Shown here one piece after another: positions 22,901 to 35,300 of a DNA stretch of 64,000 nucleotides. Made by a program: the position numbers and the translations under genes. The notes below the pieces were generated by a model. The model was not told the DNA's origin and did not search any database. It saw only the letters and a program-made list of their open reading frames with translations. The stretch's first letter is position 1. Every line of letters starts with the position of its first letter. This DNA is from the human T2T-CHM13v2.0 reference genome, Homo sapiens. The stretch lies in the NCBI RefSeq assembly GCF_009914755.1, contig NC_060927.1. The stretch is one strand, 5' to 3'.

Positions 22901-25900
22901 ATAAGGGAGATGGAGGAGGAGGGTGCTCCCAGCAGAGGAACAGCGTGTGTAAAGGCCAGGCAAGCAAGAGGGCTCGGCTGGTGCTGGGATGGCGTTGGGC
23001 TGGGGCTCTGGCCTCACCTGGTGGGACGTCATCAGGTAAAGGTAACCGGAGTCTGCTGGGTCAAACTGCATGACATGGTGCACGGGCTCCCCATAGGCCA
23101 CAGTCACCACCCGCCTGCTCACCACCTGCATGCTCTCGTTCAGGTTGATCTGTGGGGGTAGTGGGCATCAGGGTGCTGGAGCCCATAGCAGGGGAGGCCA
23201 AACCCAGGGGACAACCTGAGCCCGGGTCTGGGGGCTCTGCCTCCCCATCCTGTCTTGGACCCTTCAGGAGGGGTGGGAAGTCACGGGCGTGCAGGGGAGG
23301 GCACAGGGCCGGGCCTTGATGCTTCTGCCTCTGCTGTGCCCCCACCAGGAGCTCCTTCTGGGCTCGTCTCCAAGGCATCCCGCCCTGTGAACGTGTGCAG
23401 GCTTTGTAGTTTACGAAACGTGCTCTGGGAGGCTGTTAGGCACCATGGCTAAGGGCAGGGGCTTGGGTTTGGATTCTGGCTTTGACACTGAGGAGCTCTA
23501 CAATGTGTAAGTTGTACAAGCTGCCTCCCCTCTCTGAGCCTGTTTCCTGAGCTAATGGGGCAGGCGGGCCATGAGCATTAAATAAGACACAGGCCAGGCT
23601 GATGGGGTCAGGCCCGGGGAAGCTGCTAGGCTGCACGTCTCATTCCTCCCCGCCACGCCCATTTCACCGAAGAGGAATCTGAGGCTGGGAGCGGCCGAGG
23701 GAGTTGGCAAGAGGCACAAAGTGAAGAGATCACAAGGCTACAATGCAATACCAGGCCTGCCTGACCCCACAGTCCAAGGCTTAAGGCTAGGGGTGTGGAA
23801 CCAAGGTGCAGGGAGGAGGAAGACCAGGATTATCTGGGGCCTGGAAGCTTCTCTGGCTCTGAGGGAACCTCTGCGTGTCCTCCTGAGGATGACAATACCG
23901 GTCAGAGCCCCACCAAACTCTGCTCTTTTTTGCCTGGCCCTGCCTGTTCCCAGTGTGTTGTCTTGTCTGGGCCCTGCCAGGCCCCAGGCTGGGCATTTTG
24001 AGATGGGGCCAGTGGTCCGGACACCTCCCAGGCCAGTTTCTGCCCCAGCCTTCCTCCTGGGGCTCCCAAACCCTTCATGGCTCCCTTCTGCTTATGGAAT
24101 GAACCTGTTCTGGCACTCAAGGTCCTGGTGATCTAACCCGGACAACCCCAGCTTTATCTCCACCCCCTCAACCCTGCTCACACATTCCAGCCTCCAGGCA
24201 TTTGCCTATGCTGTGCTCTCCTCTGGAATATTCCTTCCTGTTCCCCTTCTACCAATGCACACATGAGGCCCAGAAGCCTCTACACACCAACTCAAAATTA
24301 CCTTCTCCCCAGGCTTCCATGGGCTTTGTCCCAGCCTGAGACACTCCTGTCCCACGTGGCCTCTTGGCGGAGCCTTGCAGGGGCTCAGGCCACTGCCCGC
24401 ACCCACCCCTATGTCCAGGCGTCCAGTGGACACTCAAGTCATTTCCACTCCTTCAATCATTTATTGAGCAACTACTGTGTCCCAGGGCCTGTGCTGGGTG
24501 TGGCGATTTAAGGCCCGAGCAGGGCAGGGTTGGCTGGAGACAGAGGCCACACTGTGCAGGGTGGTAGGTGAGGGGCTCCAGGCTGTGGCGGGGTGTGGGC
24601 TGTGGGCCAGCTCCTGCTGTGCGACTCTGGGGCAATCATTTCCCCTCTCAGAGCCTCAACGTTCTCATCTGTGGCATGAGAATCGTGCCTCTGCCTCCCT
24701 TGCAGGGGTGTGAGAATTAAGTGAGAGGATGCCCTTTAGGCTCTGGGTAGACAGTAGGCGCCTAACAACTGCAGCCTCATGGGTGTCGGGGGTGGGGGAG
24801 GGGCCTGGCTCATGTTCCCAAGCCAGGACACTGAGGCTCGCAGGGGAGAAGAAACTGGCCCCAAGTCACCAAGCTGGAAGCAGCAGAGCCAGACTCCGAA
24901 TGTATCTGACCCCAAACCACGAGCCCCATTGACGAGCCCCACATTTTTCCTCTCCCCAGCCACAGCGGTGGGGTCCTGGGACTCCACTCCCCACGCCCAC
25001 CCAGCCCACAGCGTCTGCCCAGGCAGTGGGTTGGGGGGGACTTGGGTGATCAGATCTGAGCAGTTAGGCCGGGCCTGGTGCATGAATAGAGTGGTGGCGC
25101 TTAGCTTAGTCTCCCAAGAGGGAGCAGGAGAGATGGCTGGGTTGGGGGCAGGTCCAGGGCTGCACCTGGGGGTCTGGCCCAGGCTCCGCCATGTCTGTCC
25201 TGCCCCAGAGCAGGGAAACTGGATTCTGTGCATCTCCTCCCAGCTCCAGGAATCTCGGGGCCACGGGCTGGGGTACAGTTAACTCTAGACACCAGTCACC
25301 CTGGGACGGGGTGGCTGGCAGGGCTGGGGAGGAGAAATGAATGAGCATTCCTGCTCACCAGGCCATGGCCTTACCCTGCCAAAGCCCCACAACAGCTTAC
25401 AGCCCTTGACAGGGAAACTGAGGCCTGGAGAGAGAATATGTGTTGCCCAAGGTCAAAGGGCCAGCAAATGGCAGAGCCCAGACATTTGAACTCAGAGCCA
25501 TACAGTTTCAAAGCCCCAGTCCTAGAGCCTCTGAGAGAATCACCCTCTCTGAGCCCTGGTTTCCCTCCTCTGTACGGACGCCACCTATATTATGAGCAAT
25601 AGTGGCAAAAACAGACTTGCAAAATACTTTGTAAACTGTAAAGTGCTAGGCGAATGGGAGAAAACAAAGGGTCAGGCTGGACCTGTAGCAGCCCTGTGTA
25701 CAGACTGACCCCCTCAGCCAACTCCCAGGGGAGCCTCCCACCCCCACCCCCTCCCCACATCCCCAACCATACCTACCTTGAGAAGCCTCCCGTTGACCGT
25801 GCCCAGGAAGACCGCTGTGTAGTTGTTGACGCTGGCCACGGCCACGGAGGTGAGGCCCGGGGCGCGGAACACGGGCGTGGCCTTCAGGGGCTGCAGGATG

Positions 25901-28900
25901 GACAGCGGGTGCTGCAGGTGAGCAGCTCCACAGTCCAGCTGCTCTGGCTGGAGCTGGAAGAGGAACGGCACGTCAGATCCCAGCTCCAGAACCTTCTCCG
26001 GCTCCCCGCCCGCACAGCTGGCTGGGATCTCAGGCCCTGGCATCAGAGCTTTCAAGTCTTGTTCCTACTTTATATCCTCAGTGCTCAGCTGAGGCCCAAA
26101 CACAAACGGGACCCCATCCCCAAGCCCAGGCCTGCCCTGACCTCAGTGTTGGTTACAGAGCTGTTCCAAGGAGATGATGTTCAAGGTACACGGGAACCAG
26201 CAGGCGAGGGAACAAGGTCAGGTTTGATTTTAAAGAGTCCAGGGAGGCCGGCCAGGGTGAGAGCTACACCCGCACCCCCTTGGGGCTGCCCCTCCTGGCC
26301 GGGCACAGCTGGGAAGAGCAGAGGAGTCCACACCAGATGACCGGAGGCCACCGTCAGCCTCAGCTTAACCCGCTGGCACCCAAGAGGTGTCCCTCTTGCC
26401 TCGGCTGTTTTCCTACAGCCCCGGCTGGCTCTGCGTCTCCACAGCAACCATGGGCTTTCCTCCTGCCGGGTGTCTGCTCTGACCCTAGGACCACCACCCC
26501 AAAGCCCCAGCAGCTTGCAAGACTCCAGGTGGAGGCCTCCCTAAACCGCAGCCTTTCTTTCCCTCCCCAAGCACCTATCCCCTCATCTGCCCACATTACA
26601 GGGGGACAAACAGGCTGGGTGTGTCTGAATGCACAGTCCCATGTCCACAACAGCCCAGCATCACCCATGCCCTCCAGCAGCAAATCAGCTGCGGCTCACA
26701 GGGCAGCTGTGAGAGGTGATCCCATGTCCAGGCTGTTCCCTGAACTTGCTCCTACCTTCCCTCCCTTCTCCTGGGTCTTGGTATGTTCAAAGGTTCCTGG
26801 TGCAATTTGCACAAAAATAGAAAACAGGCCTCCAGGAAGTGACCCTGAGACAATAACTGTGCAACTCCGCAAAGACGCAGGCACAAGGGTGGTGCAGAGG
26901 AGTGAAAAGGGGACACACACATGTGTCGGATGGGACTGAGTGCGTCCATCATGGCTTATCATCCAGGAGAGCAGCCCCCATCCCGCAGTGACGCCATAAG
27001 CCCACACTGATTACAAGAAAAGTCACAGGATGTCATGAGCCCATTTTGGTAAAACTGGTGCATAAACAATAAATAGTCACAACAGTAAACATAATAACAG
27101 GCCACATTTACTGGGAACTGACACTGTACCAGGCCAGTGCACTGACTCCCAGAATCCTGGCAGCCCTAGGGGTCCTATCTCACAGATGGGGAAACTGAGG
27201 CTCAGAGGGGAAAATGGCTAACTACAATGTCACGCCCCCAGGGCTGACCCAGGTAGCAGACTTGAGCCCATGCCTCAGCTGCATTTGGACATCAGAGGCT
27301 CAGAGCAGGACTCAGGGAGGTCACCGGAAGGCAGCATTGGAACCATCTTTAGGGCAAAGCTTTAAAGATTTTTCTTTTTAAATTTCTTGTCTGTGCTTTT
27401 TGCAAGCTTAAGCCACTGATGATGTGCCTGCCTGGTTTTTGCACAAAGGCTCAGCTAGTTTTCAAAAGAAAGCAATAAATAGTGGGTCCTTCTGTGCTTG
27501 GGCAAATAAACACAGTTACGGCCGGATGGGCTTCTAGGCTGGGGCTGTTTCCAGCATGTCCCTGGGGGCCAAGCCCTGAGCCCAGAGGTGTGATGGGCTG
27601 GGGATGCCCTGGACCAACATACAGGAGGGAATGGTCTTCCGGAGGATGACGGCGGGTGACCCAGGCAAGGCACTTCGCCTCTGAGCCTCATTTTACTCAA
27701 CTATAAAATGGGTATATCCATAGTGTTTTCCGCATAGAGGCTGGGATGAATCATTTGTTTTAAAGTGTTCCCAAACGCCGGGCGTGGTGGCACGTGCCTG
27801 TAGTTCCCAGCTACTTGGGAGGCTGAGGCTGGAGGATCACTTGAGTCCAGGAGTTCTAGGCTGTAGTGTGCTATGCTGATCGGGTGTCCACACTAAGTTC
27901 AGCATCAATATGGTGACCTCCCGGGAGCGGGGGACCACCAGGTTGCCTAAGGAGGGGTGAACTGGCCCAGGTCGGAAACGGAGCAGGTTAAAGTGTTCAT
28001 ACAGTACCTGGCCCACAGTAAGTGTCCAGGAAGTGTTAGCCGATACTATTGTGTTTCAGACATGACTGCTGCTTATGTTATTATTATGAAGTAAAAGTTA
28101 CCCATGTTCAACTGCTGATCAAAAAAGAAAGAAAGAAAATTCAGGGCAAATCATGCCTACCTTAAAGCTTTTGAGCAGCCATCCTCTCACCTGGACAGCC
28201 CTCCCAGCCCTCTTCATTTTCCAAGACCACTCTTGCCCCCTACACTGACATTTCCTATCTGCTAACACAGCTGCCAAATGAGCCCTTTAAAAATGTAAAG
28301 CAGGTCTCCCCCGATTCAAGCCCTCCCATGGTTTCCAGGACACTCAGAATAAATCCTGAATCCTAAATCCTCCCGTGGGTCCCCTCATCTTCTAACTCCA
28401 TTTCACACCTCCCTTGCCCTTGCTCCTTCACCCCAGCCACACTGGCCTCATTTCTGTGCCTCAAATATCACAAGCTCGTTCCTGCCTCAGGACCTCTGGC
28501 CTGGCCGCTCCCTCTGCCCAGGAAGCCATTCCCCCCCACCCGAGAGCTGCATCATTGGCACCTCCTCTCAGTGCCAGCCCTGACCTACCCGACTCCATCC
28601 TGTGTGTGTTACAGTTGGGGACAGCCCTGGAAGGTGGGTGCTGAGCGGTCTCCCCAGCTGCCCCAACCAGGCGGGGTCCCACCCCTCAGCAATCCTGCAG
28701 CTGCAGGGAAGAGGTGAGGTGGGATCCTCACCACTGCGAGGGATGATTTTCCTAGGGGCTAGGTAACTAAGTAACTTTTTTCACTGAATATGAATTACTT
28801 GCATCATTTAAAAATAAGTTGTTTAAAATTAAAATTGTGAATCCCTCCCACCAAGGGAACATAAGTTCTGGAAGGGGACACCTGGGAGGCCCCAGATGAC

Positions 28901-31900
28901 ACCTTTGGGCATACCCTGACATCCAGCCAGGGTGGGGTCCTGGGAAAAGGCGGACCAGGCGCCCAGCTCGGGGTGATCTGTGGGCTAGGGCAGCAGGGAG
29001 GAGGGGAGCAGGAGGGAGGGGAGCTCGCTGGGAGCCCGCTCCCCCCTCCCCCACCCCGCGCTGACTTTCACAAGCCATTAATTCTGCACCGAAGGAATTT
29101 TCTAAAAGGCCTTTCCCCCAGCGTTTTTTCCCCTTATCCTAAAATAAAATTTAAAAAAATTTTTTTAAAGAAGTAAGCCGTCGGCTGCTCCGAATGATCT
29201 GTGTTCCGAGGGGGAAGCTGATTCCCCAGCTGCCAGGGGAAATCACAAGGCAAACCGGCTCAAACACGGAAGCCCAGCGTGGCGGGAAGTGCCGCCCCTG
29301 CTGGGGGAGGGGGATGCAGGCTGGGGGAGGGGGACACGGGACTCGGGGACTAGACGTCCTGAGCATGCTGGCCTCGGCTGAACTTGGTCTCCAGGGACAG
29401 TTAGCCTCACAGGCCCAAAATACCCCCTGACCCCAGCACCGTCCTCCTTAAAGGCTAATGAGCATGAGTCTTTCAAAACTCAAGTTCTCCTGAGAGCAGG
29501 GAAGGCTCGGCTATCCCCGCAGCGCCCTCCAAGTCACAGGGCCATCTTTCTCTCACACAAAGCTGGTCAGACCCTCCCTACCTACAACCCAGCTCCCGGC
29601 TGTCCTCGGGATCAAGCCCCAGCAGTCCAGCCTCGCATTCAAGGCCTTCGTGCCCCAGCTCCTGCCAGCTCCCAGGCCTCCAGTCTCCCTCCTCCCTCTG
29701 CCCCACCCGCTGCGCCCACCACATCAGTCTCCACAGGTCCTGGAATGTGCCCACACCTCATACCCGGGGCTCTTGTACCATTGTAAATGTCCCTTCAGCA
29801 GCCAATGCCCATCCCATGCCTCTGAGGCATTCGTACTCCCCTTGGCACTTCAGCGCCCCCGGTGTCTGGACCCATGCTGTTCCCTCTCCAGGCATGCCCA
29901 GACGGCAAGTTTTCAAGATGTGGCTCAGCCCCCCAACTCCTGTGATGGCACTGTGCTGGTCACACATTTCCCATGGCAGCACATGCATGACGTTCTCCAG
30001 CATGGAGCCTGTGCTGTGGAGGGAATGTTTACAAAAGAAAGGAACCTAATTTTGACTAAAGTGTGAACGACTGTGGTCAGCTGCTTTCTCTCTAAGTCGA
30101 GTGACTGAGAGCAACACGGCCATGCTGGGTGCTGGAGAACTGAGGGAAACGTATGCCTACTCTGCGTGTGGCAACAAAGGGAGGCGGGTATTCAGGCCCA
30201 GGCAACACTGGCTGCTAGCTTCAGTTCCTGTAAAAACCTCACTTTATCCCTCTCTCACATGGGATGAGCAACCGCCGCTGGTTTCGGCCCCGTTTTGAGA
30301 GCAGGATGCCCCCTCCCCCTCCAGCTGGCTCCCTCCTGGGGCCAAAGCTCAGCTCTGCCCACTCTCCCATTAAAACTCTGACATATTGATTTTACTACCA
30401 GCTGTAATTGTGTTGACTTTCTCTCCCCAGGAAGCCAGTTGGAAGGAGCGCTTCAAGAGCCCGGCTTCTCAGGCCTCACATCCTGCCGCAGACCCACCGC
30501 AGGTGGCACTATGAAAAGGATGCGGCATTAACAGTGGGCGCTGCGGCAGGTTGCAAAATCCAGCGGTTCCGTCACAGGTACAGACTGCATGGCTACCACA
30601 CCGGCTGCGGAGGCTTTGCACTTGAGAAGTGAGGGCACCTTCCTGCCTGAAGTGTTTGATTGTTTATGATCCTGGGAAAGTCAGGTTTCCTTGCCACAGA
30701 GCTGAAATTTGCCACAGAGCTGAAAGCACATGATCACTTTGGGGTATTAAGACTGCAGGGTGGGCCGTTCGCACCATGGCTCACGCCTGTAATCCCAGCG
30801 CTTTGGGAGGTGGACGTGGAAGGATCGCCTGAAGCCTGGAGGTCAAGGCTGCAGTGAGCTATAATTTCACCACCGCACTCCAGTCTGGGTGACAGAGACC
30901 CTGTCTCGAAAAAATAAAAATAAAAAAACTGCAAGGTGACCGCAGCTCACTACATCCTGGCCGGGGACTGGGCTGTCTGGACCCCCCAGCTCCTCCCAAA
31001 GCTGGGCTCCTTCCCATTCATCCTTCACGGGAGCCAAAGAGAGCTTTTAAAACTGCAAAGCGCTTAATGCAACGTGGGCTCCTGGAAAAGAAAGCAGACG
31101 TTTGTGGAGTGCAGTCTGGAGTTTAGTTGGGAGTAAAGAACAAATGTTGGCTTCTTAGTTTTGACAAATGTACCACGGTAACGGTAAGATGTTAGCAATG
31201 GGAGAAACTAGGGGACGGGTATACAGGAACTGTCTGTACTATCTTTGTAACTTTCCTGAAAATCTAAAATTATTCCAAAGTAAAAAGTTTATTTTGTAAA
31301 AAAAAAAAACCCCGCAAAGCAGGTCACATCTCCTGTGCAGCTCAACAGCTTCCCATGGTTCCCTAGTGCTGTCAACACAAACCCAAACTTTGCTCCTGGG
31401 CCCTTGAAGCCCCACTCAATCTGGCCCTGACCTCTGTGGCCTCTCTCAGCCCCCGTCCCCGCCAACTCCTCCCTCAGCTTGGACAGCCCAGGTAGGTAGG
31501 GCCAGTCCTCCTGGGCTCCCCTGAGTGGAGCCCATGTGGCACGGGCTCAGTGGTGGCCTGTGGACTGTGTCCAGTCTCAGTCCAGCAGCCCAGCCGCACA
31601 CAGCCAGGCCAGGGTATGAAGCCACACCTGTGACTCCCAGACCCCAGCTCCTTCCACTTCAGCATGCACCGCCTCTCAGAACACTGTGCAAGCTGACACC
31701 TCTGCTGAGAGTAAACTGAGGCAAGGAATGAGCCATGGGCACACTGTGTGCCAGCCCTGGGAGGGGGCAGGACGGACTCGGTCCTGGGTGGCCTCTGGCA
31801 GCAGCCCCCATGCCAGGGAGGAGACCACCTGCTGCTGAGAAAGTAAATACCAGCGCCTTCAGGGGTGACCAAGAGGCTTCCTGGAGGGGCTGTAGGGAGA

Positions 31901-32345
31901 AGATGGCCAACCAGGCCTAGCACCATGGTCAGGAAGCCTGGCCTTAGCCACAGAGGAAAAGCAGCCTGGAGGAGCACGTTGGAGAAACCAAGGCACAGAG
32001 AAGAGCAGAGGCTTCAGACAAACGGCAAAGGACACAGCAGCTCTGGCAGACCCTTCGGGGAGGCCTGCCTTGGTTTCCCTGACCCCTCTGGAAGAGGCGG
32101 GTCACCCAGCTCCAGGGCTTTGAGGTTATCCAGACCAGCTGGACACCATCTGGAAGGGCTGAAGCCAGCCAGCCAGGCCGCCCTGAGGGCCAACACACAG
32201 ACTGGGCATGATCTGCCCACCCACCCCAAACAGGCATGGCCTGGAAGGACAAGCCCCAGGCTTAGGTCACAAGCCTGGCTGGATTAAGGACCTACTGTGT
32301 GACACTACAGCTACTGGGGGCACCTTACAGCCCTGGGGGTGCACG

Positions 32346-32387
<42 letters not shown>

Positions 32388-35300
32388 TGCTGCGTACCCA
32401 TTTTACAGATGAGAAAGCTGAGGCTCCTGACTCCTAAGTCTCACAGCTCTTACCTCACTGTGGGAGGCACCATCCCCTCTGAACCTCGGACTCCACATCT
32501 GTAAAATAAGACAGCAATAGCACCCACCACCTAGGGCTTATGGAAGGACTGAGCTCATAGGAGCCTTCAGTGCTAAGCACTGTAGGTGCTCAATAAATGT
32601 TCCCAATTAGCTATGCAGACCACGGAGCAGAGGCTCGGGAGCTCCCGAGGACAGGGACAAGCCACTCCACCGCTTCCTGAAGTCAAAGCATCCGAGGCTG
32701 GATGGGCTACACCGCCCTCACCAAGGACACAGTAGTGGGAGCTCTGGCCTCGGCCTGCTCTGCCCTGGCGCCTGGGAACCACCGCCACAGTCGCTGACTC
32801 AAGCAGCCATTGTTTAGTTAGCTGGACGCAGCCCCTAGACACCCAGCTCCCCCTTCATGAAGCTGTTTCTCATTCCGGCCCGGCCTGGCCCCATTTCCAG
32901 CTCCCCTCCCCCTGGGTCCCAGAGGAGCACAGTGTGGGATGGGCAGCCAGCGGCTCTTCCCTGGCCCAGGGAAAAGGCTTCCCTCCCCCCAGCAGGAGGG
33001 GCAGAGCACGAAGCCAGTCTTTCCAAGCCCTGGAACAGTTTCCCTCCCAGCTTCCTCCCCTGAAGGGACTCCAGGCCAGGAGCCGAGAAATAGTTGCCTC
33101 TCCAGGGAACACTGGCAGTTCCCTCCTGGGGCTGGGGGGACTTGGAGGTTCGATCTCACACCCTCCTCCCCGGCCCCTGGTCTCCTCGGGGTCCAGCCCA
33201 TATGCCTGGCCGCAGGCTGTGCTCTGCAGCAGGACTCTACCGCTGGTCCCAGAGTCATCGCACGACCGCTGTGGACACAGCCAAGAAGACAGGGCTGCTT
33301 GGAGCCTTGCGCAAACATCTCCGGGCTGGATTCCATGAGCTGGGGACACAGAGGTGACAACAGGGCCCTCTCTCCAGCTGCCCACATCCGAGCTCAGAGG
33401 CCCAGCCCCAGGATGGGGAGGGGCAGCTTTCTCATAGTAACAGTTCGGTAGAGTGACAGTAGCAAGCAGCTGTGTGCAGTCTGCTTTGTGCTGAGACCTC
33501 TTTCTGTATTATCTCATTCAACCCTCACCACACCCTGAAAGAGTTGATGCTGCTTTACAGTAAAGGAAACTGAGGCACAGAGAGTTGAAGTGATTTGCCC
33601 AGGGGCACACACCCGGAATGGCTAGATCCAAGCCTCCAGCGCAGGCCTGCGGGCTCCAGATCCCCGCCCTTAACCACAGCCTCCCCACCCGCCGCTCTGC
33701 TGGGAGCCACCAATGGTTGCCAGGAAATCAGCCGCTTGGAGCTGGAAAAACCCTGGGTTTTGAGCTGGGGAAACTGAGGCCCATCAAGGTGATGGCTGCT
33801 TCTAGAGAGCTCAGTCACCTCAAACAAAGATAGCGGGCAGAGGCTGGAGAAGGGCACAGGCAAGGGGGTTTGGCCACTTTCCTGGGCCTGGCCTCCACTC
33901 CAAGGCCTCTGCCTGCGGGCCCCCCCCCATTATTTACCGATCAGAGCATAAAGTGCTACATGATTAACGCCCCACTGGGGCCTTGCCGGGACTCGTAATG
34001 GAGCTGCGAGCTTCCCTCCCCCTCCAGCGCATGATTTATCAAGTTTCAGGGTAAAGGACGGTGGACTAGGCGGGGAGGGCCCCCGCTGGCGCTGGCCCCC
34101 AGATCTTGACTGCATCGAGTATCAGCCGAGCAGGGTGGAGCAGGGCCCCTGCCACTGGATGCCTGTCTGGGCGGTCTGTTTGGTTCAGCCCTGGCTCAGA
34201 CATGGCCTTTGGAAAGAAGAAAACGGCTGTACTTGGGGGGCAGTGAGGATCCAAGTCCACGTGGCTGGCACTCAGAGACTTTCTGGGCTTGTCCCCACTC
34301 GGGAACCGGCTGGTTTCCATGGCAATCCCCACATGGCTGTCAGAGCTGGAGAGGCCCTCGGGAGTTACCTGGTCCAGCCACAGTGGGGGCTCCGGGTGAG
34401 CGCCTCCGCCCCTGGATCCTGCCAGCACCTGGCAGGGCCAATACAGACCAGCAGCCACAGGGTCCCTTCCGGAACCAGATCAGCCATGTCTCTCCTTTCC
34501 CCAAAGCCCTGCTGGCTCCCCGCAGCCCACATGACAGCATCCAAGTCTTTAGCCTGCAGGCAAGGCCCAGCACACTCTCAGCTTCCCCTCGGCCTGCTAC
34601 CCAAGCCACATTCCAACATCTCTGAGCCTTTGCCCCTATCGTGTGCTCTGCCTGGAATGCCTTCCCCAGCCCCATCTGTCAAGTGCTGCTCCAACCTCCC
34701 CTCCTCCAGGAAGCCCTCCCGCACTCCTCTGATGAGCTGGTTAGTGTGTGGCATCTGTCTGATGTCATGACCTCCTCCCTCACCATTCTGGGGGCTCCTG
34801 GAGAGGGTCCAATTTGTCTCTCTTGGGGGCTGTCCTGTAGCAAGCTGAGCCTCCTCCCATACTCACATACTCTAGAGAGCTCCCCACCCAGAGCTTCGAC
34901 GGGCATGCGATGTTACCAAGGAGGTGCTGGCCTCTGGTATGTGTGGGTGGAGACAGCTACAGGCCCGGTAGCAGGAGTCCACACCAGGGGGTCATCCTAA
35001 CCCCAGCCCGCGACCATGATGGGCGCTGGGGCTGGGCAGCTCTGCAGGCCACCCTGAAAGGCCCTCACTGCTTCTCACAGGGGCCTCGGCGGACGCAGAA
35101 GTTCCCTGGGTCTCAGTTTCCTCACCTTTAAAATGGGCCCATTCACCCCTTCCGACACCCTCTGGCTCACACCCCTTCGGTCAAAGATTTTGGAGGAATG
35201 AGGGGTCACAGGCGCTACAGCCAGAAGCCTGCTCCACCTGGAGCACCACAGTCACACACCACGGTGTGACCTCAGGCAAGATGCTTAACCCTTCTGGACC

